Shown piece after piece: positions 1-13,400 of a stretch of 64,000 nt of DNA; position 1 is the first letter of the stretch, and each line of letters opens with the position of its first letter. The notes beneath the pieces were generated by a model. It saw nothing but the letters and a program-made list of their open reading frames with translations, was not told the DNA's origin and made no database searches. The DNA lies in NCBI RefSeq assembly GCF_963921235.1, contig NC_086097.1, forward strand, positions 143,842,001-143,906,000. The letters are read 5' to 3'. The translations under genes and the position numbers were made by a program. Origin of the DNA: Mobula hypostoma (lineage: Eukaryota).

Positions 1-393
1 CTGGATGACAGACTTGAGTGGAGCACCAACACAGAGGCTGAGTACAAGAGCCAGGATGCTTCTACTTCCTAAGGCTCCTATGGAAAATCCTGGCAATTCT
101 AGACAATGTTTCTCACCCTCTGCATCCCACCTTGGCTGAACAGAGGAGCACTTTCAGTAAAAGATTAAGACAACTGTGCTGCTCCAAAGAGCACTATATG
201 AGGTTAATCTTACCCTCGGCCATTAGGTTCTATAATGAGTCAACCTATAGCCAGGGAAGTGATGACCCTCTCTGTTAGTCTGTTTGTGGTAACTTATTTT
301 TTATTCTTTCTACTTCACTTCCAATATTTACATCTGCGCACTTGTAATGCTACTGTACTGTAATTTCCTTTGTGATCAATAAAGTATCTATCT
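1..393 (+). mobile_element. Rex1/Babar-type LINE 3' fragment
   Basis: Ends gatcaataaagtatctatcta; similar to the 5335-5850 copy (gacaatgt..tc.ca.cc, gatcaataaagta). Confidence 0.7.
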
Positions 394-529
394 ACAGCAG
401 AGGGGTAGAAGCTGTTCAGTCCGGTAATACATGATTTCAGGCTTTTGTGTCTTCTGCCCAATGGGAGAGAGGAGAAAAAGGAATCTGCAGGGTGGGTGAG
501 GTCTTTGATTCTGCTGGTGCTTGTTCTGC

Positions 530-1145
530 TTCAACTGGATCCTCTATTTCCTCACTTGCAGATCTCACTCAGTTCAGATTGGCAGCAACATCTCCTCCAG
601 AATCGCCATCAGCACAGGTGCACCACAAGGCTATGTGCTTAGCCCTTTACTTTACTTACGTTACATTTACGACTGCGAGGCTAAACATAGCTCCAATGTC
701 ATATTTAAGTTTCCTGATGTCACCCCTGCTGTTGGCCAAATCGGTGGTGACAAATCAGCATGTAGGAGGGAGATTGAAAGTCTAGCTGAGTATTGCCACA
801 GCATCTCACTCAATGTCAGCAAGGCCAAGAAACTAACTATTGAATATAGGAGGAGAAAACTAGAGGGCCGTGGGCCAGCCCTCATCGGGGAATCAGAAAT
901 GCAGAAGGTCAGCAATCTTAAACTTCTCAGTGTTATCATTTCAGTGGATCTCTGCTGGGTCCAGCATATAAATGCCATTACAAAGAAGGCAAGGCAGCAA
1001 CATTACTTTCTTAGAAGATTCCGCATGTTATCTAAAACTTTGACAGACCTCTATAGACGTGCAGTGGAGAGTATATTGACTAGTTGCATCATGACCTGGT
1101 ATGGAAACATCAAAGCCCCTGAATAGAAACGCCTACAAAAAATAA
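530..1145 (+). mobile_element. Rex1/Babar-type LINE reverse transcriptase fragment
   Basis: ORF 521-1126: STGAPQGYVLSPLLY, decayed KFADD, SLNVSK.K, KKARQ..YFLRR, ESILTSCI.TWYG. Confidence 0.8.
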
Positions 1146-1306
1146 TACCACTGAATTTCAAGGGGACATGGATTTAAATATGTCATAGAAAATGGCTGTT
1201 GTTAGTAATCCTGAATGTTTCTGAAATCTATATAATTCATCGCCCTATAGCTTGGTGCTAACCCTGTGAATTTCTTACCTTCACGTTCATTGTAATCCAT
1301 TTCCAG

Positions 1307-1423
1307 ACTGGGATTAATGACAAAGCAAACTTCAAGATGGTGAAGAATGCAATGGAAGTACTTGGGTTCAGTGAAGAGGAAATCGCTGCCATCTATAAAG
1401 TCTTGGCCACCATCCTGCATCTG
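1307..1423 (+). CDS. myo1g: myo1g exon (~7), motor domain, [39 protein letters not shown]
   Basis: ttccag|ACT ... CTG|gtgagg; 117 nt, phase 0-0. Confidence 0.92.
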
Positions 1424-4400
1424 GTGAGGATAAACTTTAATTTTAAATTGTTTTACATAAGCCCCTAGGATACCTTACTAAAGGAGAAAAGAACAGAAAG
1501 AGATGAAAGGTTTAACAATGAATGTGAAGTGTGGATTTGATGAGGGAAAATCTTGTTTCACCAAGCATGTTGAGTAACAGTAAGTGTATACTGGCAACGT
1601 AGTAGATGCAATTTATCTCGGCTTTCAAAAGGCTTTCCCTAAGGTTCTCCATGATAGTCTAACTAAATCAAAGAAGCAGCAGAATGGATAGCTTGCTAGT
1701 TTCAGGACAGTGAGCAGACTGTGAAATTAAAGTTAGCTGTTCACTGACAGTGGGTAGCAGCATTCCACAAGGACCTGCTCCACTACCGTTTACAATTCAT
1801 ATCTATGATGTTGATGCTGGAATCAAAATCCCCAACTCTCCATTTGCAGATGATACCAAGTTGATTTGGGGAAGGAAATACCATTATTGAAGAGGATTGC
1901 AATAAAATTGTGCAGAGTATTAAAAACTTGAAGAATAACAAATGATCAACAGATGTATCTCAGCAGATGGGATCCTGGAGTGGAGTGTAATCACTAAAAG
2001 TTGTGTTGCAGATTAACAAGGTCACCAAAATTCCACAAATTACTAAGGTTTATTTCCAGAGACATAGAATTTTAAAAATATGGAAACTGTACTAAACTTG
2101 CAGAGAGCCATGGTTCTTGTAGCCATATTATAGAAAGGCTACAGAGGCATTGAGTGAATGCAAATAAGGATGGAACTGGAAATTCAGGTGTATAAAAATA
2201 TAAAGAAAGGTGAACATATTCAGTCTCTGTTCTTTTGAGAAAATGATTGGGTTGACCTATATAGGTCTCTGAAATTTCAAGGAGTTTTGATAAAATGGGT
2301 CTAGAGAGAATGTTTTCACTTGCGGGGAAGTTCAAAACCAGGCGCCTTTGATATAAGATAGTCTCCAGAATATCCTATAAGGAATTCTCTTTCCAATGTT
2401 TTTATTATTATTAATTTTACATATAAGAATACAGAATATAAGAATATATATATCAATACATTATACTAAATTGCATATAAAGACTCCTGACCCTATATTC
2501 ATACAGATTATTTAATTTGTAACATTGAAATATAGTAGTTTTATTATATTAAAAAAATTTAACCCATTACCAAGACCGAAGCTGATTTGTAAGGAATAAA
2601 AGGAAAAAAATTATTAGTCATCACCTGTGCTTTAACTGCAAATCAAAGGTTTTGAAGATAATTCAAAAAAGGTCCCCACAATATTTGAAAGTCTTGGCTA
2701 GATTCAGAGATTGGATATCGAATCTTCTCTACATTTAAACATGACATGACATCACATAACCATTAAGCATGAATAGGAGGGGCCGCATTTTTCCATTTAA
2801 GCAAGAGCGTCCTTCTGGCCATAAGAGAAATAAAAGCCAAAATGTGCAAGTTAGATGACGCCAAAGTAATATCCTTTCCTCCAACAACACCAAATAAAGC
2901 AGTCAAAGGATTAGGCTTAAAGTTTACTTTGAGAAGTACTGAGAAAGTTTGAAATACTTCTTTCCAATATTTTCCAAGACTCGGGCATGTCCAAAACATA
3001 TGAATGAGTGAAGCTTCTCCATTATTACATTTATTACAAGATGGAGATATATATAAATAAAAACGAGACTTATCCTTGGTCATATGGGCCCCATGGACCA
3101 CTTTAAATTGTGGGAGAGAGTGGCGGGCACATAAAGATGAAGTGTTAACCAATTTAAAAATCTGATTCCAAGTTTCCTCAGAAATTGAAGTCTGTAAATC
3201 TTGTTCCTAAAGATTTTTAATTTTATCTAAAGGAGCACTTCTTATTCCCAAAAGCATATTATAAATATTAGATATAGAACCATCATAGAAAGGTTTCAAA
3301 TTAATTACATCTAGTAGATTCTTATCAGGACTCTTAGGAAATGTACTTATTTGAGACCGTAAAAAATCTCTTATTTGTAGGTATCGAAAAAAATGAGTTT
3401 TGGGTAAACTATATTTAGTTGACAGTTGTTCAAACAAAAAGAGACTTCCCTCTACAAACAAGTCCTGAAAGCATTTAATACCTAATCTATCCCATTCTTT
3501 AAAAGCCACATCAATCATAGAGGGTTTAAAGAAAATAATTAGAAAAAATGGGACTCGAAAGAGAAAATCTCAATAAGCCAAAGTATTTTCGGAATTGTAT
3601 CCAAATTCTCATAGTGTGTTTAACTACCAGATTATCAGTTAATTTACTCAGAGACAAAGGAAGTGAGTATCCAAGAAGAGAGATAATAGAACATTTATTA
3701 ACAGAGTTAGGGAATTCAAAACAGACATCTTTACCCAGTGAGTGGTGAGAATATTAATTCACTATCACAGGGAAACAGATGCTGCAAGGTAAACCTGTGT
3801 GCAAAAAAAGGCAATAGAATATTATTTATTTATTTAGCAATATAGGACCTTCCAGCCCTTTCAGCCATGCCACACCAAACCCTCACAATCCCAAATAAAC
3901 CCTAACCAATATTCCCTCTAATTTTTAATGACCAATTGACGCAAAAATCTTGGGCTGTGCAATGTTTTTGCCCGGTGACAACAACATGTGTGCACTAATT
4001 TCTTCAATAAAAACAGTATAAATAAGCCATTTCTAAAATCTGCAGACACATCACCGCAAACTCCACATTGTCAACACTGTCTGCATTAGAAACCAGTAAA
4101 GGAAATGTGACTGTGAACTATCATGAAATATACTTAACATGCCAATGAGGTGGAGGGTGACAGCCTTTTGTGTGCAATTTGAATTTCTTTGTGCTGGTAG
4201 CAAAAGATGTGTGTGCATGCACACACGCACACCTGAAGGGAATATTGACACTAACCTAATCACGGGAGAATTTACAGACCTTTTCATTGCTAACTGCTGA
4301 CAAGACATCAACCATCTTGACTTTACCACTCTTCTCTCCAACTCTAACCTCTCTTCTTCTGAACACACTGCTCTCCACTCTCTCTGCATGAATCCTAACC

Positions 4401-7400
4401 TCAACATCAAACCCGCAGATAAGGCGGTGGGGATGCTGTAGTAGTCTGGCAGACTGGCCTCTGCCTTGCTGAGGCCAGGTGACAACTCTCAGACACATCC
4501 TCTTACTTTACCCCTCGAACAGGTGCCCACTAAGGAGCACCAGGCTGTTGTCACCCGCACTATAACTGACCTTATTAACTCTGGGGATCTCCCATCCATT
4601 GCCACCCACCTCATTGTTCCCTAATACCACACTTCCCATTTCCACCTCCTACCCAAGATCCACAAACTTGCCTGTCCAGGTAGACCCTTTGTTTCTGCTT
4701 GTTCCTGTCCCACTGAACTTGCATATATCTGCATACCTTGACTCAGTTTTATCTCCCCCAGTTCAGTCCCTTCCTACCTACATCCATGATACTTCACATG
4801 CTCTGGATCTTTTCAATGACTTCAAATTCCCTTGCCCTAATCATTTCATTTTCATCATGGACATCCAGACCTTATACACCTCCATCCCCATCAGGAGGAG
4901 CTTAAAGCGCTTTGCTTCTTTCTAGGAAACAAACCCAACCTGTTCCCCTCCACCACTGCACTCCTCTGTGTGGCAGACTGGCCCTCACTCTCAATAATTT
5001 CTCCTTCGGCTATCCCTACTTCCTTCCAACCAAAGGTGTAGCCATATGCACTTGCATGGGTCCCAGCTATGCCTGCCTTTTCGTCTGCTACGTGAAACAA
5101 TCTATGTTCCAAGCCTACACTGGTATCACTCCCCAAACTTTCCTATGCTACATCGATGACTGCATTGGGGCTGCTTCATGCACCCATGCTGAGCTTGTTG
5201 ACTTCATCAACTTTGCCTCCAACTTCCATCCTGCCCTCAAATTTACCTGGTCCATTTCTGACACCACCATCCCATTTCTCGATCTCACTGTCTCTATCTC
5301 TGGAGACAGTTCACCTTCTGATATCTTCTATAAAGATGCTGAGGATGTTCTATGAGTCTGTGGTGGCCAGTGCGATCATGTTTGCTGTTGTGTGCTGGGG
5401 CAGCAGGCTGAGGGTAGCAGACAACAACAGAATCAACAAACTCATTCGTAAGGCCAGTGATGTTGTGGGGATGGAACTGGACTCTCTGATGGTGATGTCT
5501 GAAAAGAGGATGCTGTCCAAGTTGCATGCCATCTTGGACAATGTCTCCCATCCACTACATAATGTACTGGTTGGGCACAGGAGTACATTCAGCCAGACTC
5601 ATTCCACCAAGATTCAACACTGAGCATCATAGGAAGTCATTCCTGCCTGTGGCCATCAAACTTTACAACTCCTCCCTTGGAGGGTCAGACACCCTGAGCC
5701 AGTAGGCTGGTCCTGGACTTATTTCCATCTGGCATAATTTACATATTATTATTTAATTATTTATGGTTTTATATTGCTATATTTATACTCTGTTCTTGGT
5801 TGGTGCAACTGTAACGAAACCAAATTTCCCTCGGGATCAATAAAGTATGACCATCCAGCGGTCCCCAACTACCGGGCCGCAGAGCATGCGCTGCCAGGCC
5901 GCGAGGAAGCGATATGATTTGGTCAGCTGCACCTTTCCTCATTCCCTGTCACGGCCACTGATCAGCCATTACGCATGCGAGGTCATGACTCGCGCGTCAT
6001 CCGTTTCAGGGTGGGAAGGTGATCAACTTCTCGAGCTTGCGAACGATGATGGGCTGAAAAGTATGTTTGATATAACATCTCTATCGGCATTTTGGATCAA
6101 AGTCAAGGCTAAATATCCTGAGATAGCCACGAAAGCACTGAAAACGTTGCTTTCATTTCCAACATTTTTCTGCGAAGCGGAGTTTTCTGCAATGACTGCA
6201 ACGAAAACTAACCTGCGGAATAGACTGGACATCAGGAACCCCCTTTGAGTATCGCTGTCTCCCATCACTCGATAGGACGGTGTTGTTGCAGGGAAACAAG
6301 CCCAGGTCTCCCACTGATTCAGCGATATTGGTGTGTTGCAATGATTTTATATATTCATACGGGGAAAATATGTGCTGTGCGTTTAATATCCAAATATTAC
6401 TTAAAATGTTATGATGCTATTGACTTATAAGTGACCTATATAACCATATAACAATTACAGCACGGAAACAGGCCAACTCTGCCCTTCTAGTCCGTGCCGA
6501 ACGTTACTCTCACCTAGTCCCACCGACCTGCACTCAGCCCATAACCCTCCATTCCTTTCCTGTCCATATACCTATCCAATTTTTCTTTAAATGATCATAT
6601 CGAACTTGCTTCTGCCACTTCTACTGGAAGTTCGTTCAACACTTCAAGCTCCCCTGATAATTGATTTATCATTATATCCATGCGAGGAAAATATGCGCTG
6701 TGTGTTTAATATTAAATTCGTTAGATAAACCCTTTTAGAAACAAAATTGAGTGTATTACCCACTTATCACCTATATTCCGGGCATTTACTTGGGGAGGGG
6801 GAGGAATCGGCGTCACGACGCGCATGCGCATTGGTGCCCGCGCAAGGCTTCATGGTCATTGTAGTCTTCGATAAACAACGTATTTGACTGCTACTCTTGT
6901 TCGTTGGTAACCCTACCCCCCCCCCCCCCCCCCCCCCGCGGTCGGCAAGTCCGCAAGAATATTGTCAATATTAAATCCGTCCGCAGTGCAAAAAAGGTTG
7001 GGGGCCCCTGACTATGACTATGATTATGACTATGACTAAACTCACCAATTCTCACAGCTAACAGCAGGAATTCTGCAGATGCTGGAAATTCAAGCAACAC
7101 ACATAAAAGTTCCTGGTGAACGCAGCAGGCCAGGCAGCATCTCTAGGAATTCTCACAGCTATTCGACTATACCTGCTCCCACCCTGTCACCTGTAAAAGT
7201 GCCATCCCCTTCTTTGTTTCTCTGTCTCCATCACATCTGCTGTCAGGATGAGGCTTTTCACTCCAGAACTAATGAAATGTCCTCCTCCTTCAAAGAAAAG
7301 GGCTTTCCTTCTTCAACCATCAACACTGCCTCACCTGCAGCTCTTCCATTTTGCACTTGTCTGTCCTCACCCCATCCTCCACCACCCACCAGGGATAGAG

Positions 7401-10400
7401 TCCCCCCTTGTCCTCACCTACCATCAAAGTAGCCTCCGCATCCAGCATATAATCGTCTGTAACTTCTGCCATCCCCAATGGTACCCCACCACCGAGCACA
7501 TCTTTCCCTCCCCCCACCCCACTTTCTGCTTTCTGCAGGGATCACTCCCTACGTGATTCCCAAGTCCATTTGTCCCTCCCCACTGATCTTCCTCCTGATA
7601 CTTATCCTTACAAGCAGAACAAGTGCCATACCTTCCCCTACACCTGCTTCCTCACTCCTATTTAGGGCTCCAAACAGTCCTTCCAGGTGAGGTGACACTT
7701 CACCTGTGAGTCTGTTGGGGTCAGTTACTGTATCTGGTGCTCCCAGTGTGGCCTCCTGCGTATCGGTGAGATCCGACGTAGATTGGGAGATCGCTTCACC
7801 AAACATCTACGTGCCATCTGCCAGAAAAAGCAGGATCTCCCGGTGACCACCTATTTCAATTCTACTTCCCATTTCCATTCTGAAATCTCAGTCCATGGCT
7901 TCCTTACTGCCACAATGAGGCCACTCTCAGGTCACTCTCAGGTTGGTGGAGCAATACCTTATATTCTGTCTGGGTAGCCTCCAACCTAATGGCATGAACA
8001 TTGGTTCTTGAACTTCCAGTAATTGCCTTACCATTCCACCTTCAGCATTCCCATTCCCTTTCCCCCTCACCTTTTCTCCTTATCAGTCAATCACCTCCCT
8101 CTGGTGCTCCTCCCCCCTCCCTTTCTTGAATGGTCTTCTGTCCTCTCCTATCAGATTCCCTTTCTCCAGCCCTTTATGTCTTTCATCCATCATCTTCCCA
8201 GCTCTTCACTTCACCCCTCCTCCTCTCCCAGTTTCACCTATCACCTATCACCTACTACCTCATCCTTCTTCCTCCCCTCCCCCCACCTTCTTGCCCTCAT
8301 CTTCTCTTCCAGTCCCGATGAAGGATCTCGGCCCGAAATGTCGACTGTTTACTCCTTTCCATAGATGCTGCCCGGCCTGCTGAGTTCCTCCAGCATTTTG
8401 TGTGTGGTGCTTAGATTTCCAGCACCTGCAGATTTGCTCGTCTTTGTGCTAAAACTCTGTCACCATCAGTCTTGTAAATCCATTTGGCTCAGTCTTCAAT
8501 TGAATAGTGCATTCCAGGATTCTTTAGTGTGTACCTAGAAGTCATGTACGTAATACATCTGAGTATACAATTCTTAATTCATTTGTATAGGCTCCAGTAT
8601 CATGTAGATGCAGCAGCTCCAATGATTCCTCTCATGCACGTGTTGTCAGTATCCTCCAAGACTTTGTTGACTCCTGGTTTTGTTGATCTTCATAGGGGAA
8701 CCTGATTTTTGTCACAGAAGGTGACACTGTCTCAATCGGCAATGAAGACCTGGTCTCTCAGATTGCAGAGATCACAATGACTGAGCCAGATACCGTAAAG
8801 AAGACACTTCTCCATCGCACTGTAGCTGCAGGAGGGGGTGAAGTAATTGAAAAGCAGCACACGTCCCAGGAAGCCACGTATGGCAGGGATGCTTTCGCTA
8901 AGGTAGAAATATTTGCTTGTGAGTCTGGGTGTATCTATTGTTTGAGTGTTGTAGGAATGCCACAAATTGAGTGAGAGACATAGCTTAGCACCAACGCCGT
9001 TATATCTTAATCAGGTTGTTATGGGTTCAAAGTTCACTTCAAGGACTTCAGCTAAAAATGTGGACTAACAACAATACAGTTCTGGTCACCCGCCTGCAGG
9101 AAAGATATCAATAATCTTGAAAGTGTGCAGAGAAAATTTATAAGTTTGTTGTTGGAACTTGACCTGAGTTACACGGAAAGGTTGAAGAGGTTCGGACTTC
9201 ATGGAGTGTAGGGGAATGCGGAGAAATCTTACAGAGGAATGCAAAATTATGAGGGGTACAGATAGGGTACATGCAAGCAGACTTGTGGTGAGACTAGAAT
9301 TAGAGGTCATAGCTTTAAGGTGAAAGGTGAAATACGTAACAGAAATGAGGAGGAACTTCCTCACTCAAAGGGTTTTGCGAGTGTGGAACGAGCCAGTAGT
9401 GGAAATGGCGGTTGCAGGCTCAATTGCAACATTTAAGGGAAGTTTATATGGGTACATGGATGACAGGAAGGCTATAGTCTGTGTGCAGGTAGATGGCACT
9501 AGGCAGAAAACCAGATTGGCATGGACTAGATTGGCCTAAAGGCCTGTTTCTGTGCTGTGGTGCTCTATGACCCTGTGACTCTATTGAAAAGGCACTCTTC
9601 TTCAGATCAGATGTTAGAGGCCAACAGCTCAGAAAGGGGTCGCACTTTGGCCTAACTCATCCAGGCAAACCAATTTGCCTTCCTGAGGGAGTCCCATTTG
9701 CCAGTGCTAGGTTGATTTTGAACATGATGAGACTTACTCTGAAAACACTCTGAGAGCATTTGCTCTTAGACAGAATTACTAAAACAAATTATCTCATCAT
9801 TTGGTTTGTTTGTGTTTCTGGAATCAGGTGGCTTCTTGTGTCCTATATTGCAATGGTGACTGCAATTCCAAAGTATTCCATTGCTTGCAGAGTGCAATAG
9901 TACACATAAAACTACTGAAGGACAAGCTTTCCTTTATTTTCAAATGCATTGCACAAACCCATTCACCACTATAATTATTTCTGAAAAGCTGAACTGTTAT
10001 GAAAACTTCCGTTCTGGCCAAATCAAAATCAAAGGCAGAGTTGAGTTTATTGTCATATGTACAAGAACAGGTCTGCACAAATGAAATGAAGAACTTGCAG
10101 CAGCATCTCACACACATAGCATCAGATGCACAACATTTTCAACAAAAACATAAATTAACTGTGAATTATACCCCCTTTTTAACAAGAAAACATAATTGGA
10201 ACAAACAAACAAACCCCTTTATAGTGCAAAGTAGTTGCACTCCGTATAGTGTTACTATACTGAGGTAGTGGTAGGAGTGGTGTTGGTTGGTTCAGCCACT
10301 AGATGGTTGAAAGGAAGTGGCTGTACTTGAACCAAGTACTGTGGGACTTAAGGCTTCTGTACCTCCTGTCCTACAGTAGCTATGAAGAGGTGGCATGACT

Positions 10401-13400
10401 CGGATGATGGGATCTTTGATGGCAAATGTTGCCTTTGTGAGACAATGCCACCTGTAGATTGGGCATACTGTTGTACACCAAGGGCGGAGCAAGAATAACT
10501 TTTTAATACTGCAATTCACACATATATGCAGTGAGGCAAAGCTACAAAAAGACAAGTACCTGTTGCAAGGACCCCATTATATGAAATCCAGTGAATACCT
10601 TGAGCTTTATCTGAAAAGGCACTATCCGAACAACGACATTGATAATCTCACAAAGAAATTATTGGGATGCCTAGAAGGACATGTGAAATCAACACAGTGT
10701 GTCAAGAAAATATTTTAGAGCTGTCAATTGAGTACAGAGAAACCAAGTAATTAACTTAAAAAGGCAAATATTCTTGGAAAAGTTAGTGATCAATATACAC
10801 TCAGTTGTTTCTTTATTAGGTACACCTGTATGCCTGCTCATTAATGTGAGTATCTAATCAGCCAATCACAAGGCAGCAACTAAAAGAATAAAAACATGCA
10901 AACATGGTCAAGAGGTTCAGTTGTTGTTAAAACAAGACATCAAAATGGGAAGAAATGTGATCTAAGTGACTGACTGTGGAATGATTGTCTGTGCCAGATG
11001 GGGTGGTTTGAGTATCTCAGAAACTACTGATCTCATGGGATTTTCACACACACCAGTCTCTCAGTTTACAGAGAATGGTGTGAAAACAGACAAAAATACA
11101 TATCCTGTGAGCAGCAGTTCTGTGGGTGGAAACACCTTGTTAATAAAGGAGTATGGTTAGACTCGTTCAAGGTAACAGGAAGTTGACAGTAACTTTAATC
11201 ACCATGCGTTACATTAGTGATGTGTAGAAGAACATCTCTGAATATACCGTATGACAAACGTTGAAGAGGATGCGCTACAGCAGCAGAAGACCATGAGCAT
11301 ACATTGTTGGGTACGGGAGCTGCCCCATAAAGCGGCCTCTGAATGTAGGAACTCTTAATGGCAATTACAGATGGTTGAACTATTTTGCGTTCTGTGAGGC
11401 AGTGCTGTGTGGAACATCGGGAAGCAGGAGTCATACTTAAAAAAGCAATGCATAAGTTAGAAAGAAGATCACATTTTTGCCTCTCATTTGAATCATGTTG
11501 CTCATGGCAATTTTATTCTTTGACATTTATTAAACTTTTCAGATTTGTTTCTTTCTTTGCCCTTGAAGTATCTGACAAAAAGGAATTTTTACATTGCTGT
11601 ATTGTGCCTTTTATATGCTGCAGAAGGCTAAATGAAAACTCACTTACCCCCTACACAATTTCTTGATTTCCTGTTGGCTAAACAAAGAATTATGTGCAAT
11701 GCCTGAGAAAAGGGCTCCAAAAACTCATCAAAACACTGAGTAAATGTTGCGGATGCAACTGCCTTTCCTACTCCTGCAACTTCTAAACTATCCTCATCCA
11801 CTCTTTCATTATTCATTTTAGTATATTACCTACCAAAACAAGACACACATTTTTCTGACTAAATGCCTTTATGCATGGGATTTCATATTTCACAAATTTG
11901 ATTGAGTATTTTGAAGAGAATAGCAAAATGACTGACTAGGGTAGAGCTGTAGACATGGTCCACATGGATTTTAGCAAGGGCTTTGACAAGGTCCTGCATA
12001 ATAGAACGGTCTAGAAGATTAGATCACCTGAGATGCGGGGAGAGTTAGTAAGATGGATATAAAATTGGCTAGGTACTATGAGTTAGAGTGGAAGATTGCT
12101 TATCATATTGGAGACCTGTGACCAGGGGTGTGCCATGTAGATCTGTGCTGGTCCTCTGTTGTTTGTCATGTACATTAATCGCCTGAATGAGAATGTAGAT
12201 GGCATGGTGAGTAAGTGTGCAAAATTGGGGATATATTGAAGAAGGTTGTTTGAGGTTGCAGCAGAATCTAGATCAACTGGGAAAGTGGGCAAGTGAATGG
12301 CATGTGGAATTTAACATGGGCGAGTGTGAAGTGATGCATATTGGGAAATTAAACCGGGTCAGGATATATACAGTAAATATGCAATATTGAACAAAGAGAG
12401 CTTATGATATCAGTACGTGGATCTCTGAAAATGGGAACACGGTGACAAGAGGTGGGGAAGGCATGTAGTGTGTTTACATTTATCAGTTTAACACAGTTCA
12501 TATGTCATATTACTGCCAGACAAACTATTAGTTGGGCTGCCCTTACAGATGTGAATAGACAGTTCGTGCATTGCGCCCCTGTGTCCATTCCCCTCAATAT
12601 TACGTATATTGTTGTGGGGGATGACCTCTGGGGAAATGCCATGGAGACCAGATTACTGGCACTGAGCATGGGTCCGTGGTGAAGAGGGAGAAGAGGGGAC
12701 TGGTAATCAGGGGAACAGACAGAAGCTTCTGTGGACATGAACGGGACACCCGAATGGTATGTTGCCTCCCAGGTGCCAGGGCTTGAGACATCTCAGAACG
12801 CATCCACAACATTTTGGAGGGGGAGGGAGAATAGCCAGATGTCTTGCTACATATTGGTACAAATGACAAGGAAGGAAAAGCAAAGAGGTCCTGAAAAATG
12901 AATTTAGAGAGCGAGGCAGAAAGCTAAGAAGCAGTGCCTTCAAGTTAGTAATTTCTGGATTGCTGCCTGTGCCACATGCCACGAGGGTAGCCACAGGACA
13001 ATTTGGCAGTCCTGACGAAGGGTCTCGGCCTGAAACATCGACTGCATCTCTTCCTACAGATGCTGCCTGGCCTGCTGCGTTCACCAGCAACTTTGATGTG
13101 TGTTGTTTGGCAGTTTAATGCATGGCTGAGAAGCTGGTGCTGGGGCCCGGCAGGGCATCTGGTTCTTGGATCACTGAGATCCCTTCTGGGGGAGGTATGA
13201 CCTGTTCAAAAGTGACCTGAACATAAGGGGAACCAATATTCTCTCAGGCAGGTTCGTTAGTGCTGTTGGGGAGGCTTTAAACTAATCTGGCAGGGGGGTG
13301 GGAACTGGAGTGAAGGGACTCAAGACAGAATGGATGGTAAAAAAGCAAAGATAGCATGCAGTCAGACCGTCAGGAAGGAAAGGCAGATGATAGGACAAAA

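Larger units (their letters stand above)
4280..8448 (+). mobile_element. Penelope-like element (RT + GIY-YIG endonuclease + hammerhead-bearing end), decayed, interrupted at 5335-7040 and 7061-7147
   Basis: [41 protein letters not shown]; the frame around FYK resumes at 7041; GIY-YIG-like [31 protein letters not shown] from 7717. Confidence 0.88.

Noticed and set aside
5847..6248. ZBED5/SCAND3-like domesticated gene
   Set aside because: Only a C-terminal hAT fragment between TIRs within nested repeats.
6917..6937. Poly-C runs (also ~37008-37026) as G-quadruplex elements
   Set aside because: Inside transposons; homopolymer length is unreliable and there is no functional evidence.
7011..7036. 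(TATGAC)n and other short tandem units as CRISPR or telomeric repeats
   Set aside because: They are LINE 3' tails; eukaryotic context, no spacers or cas genes.
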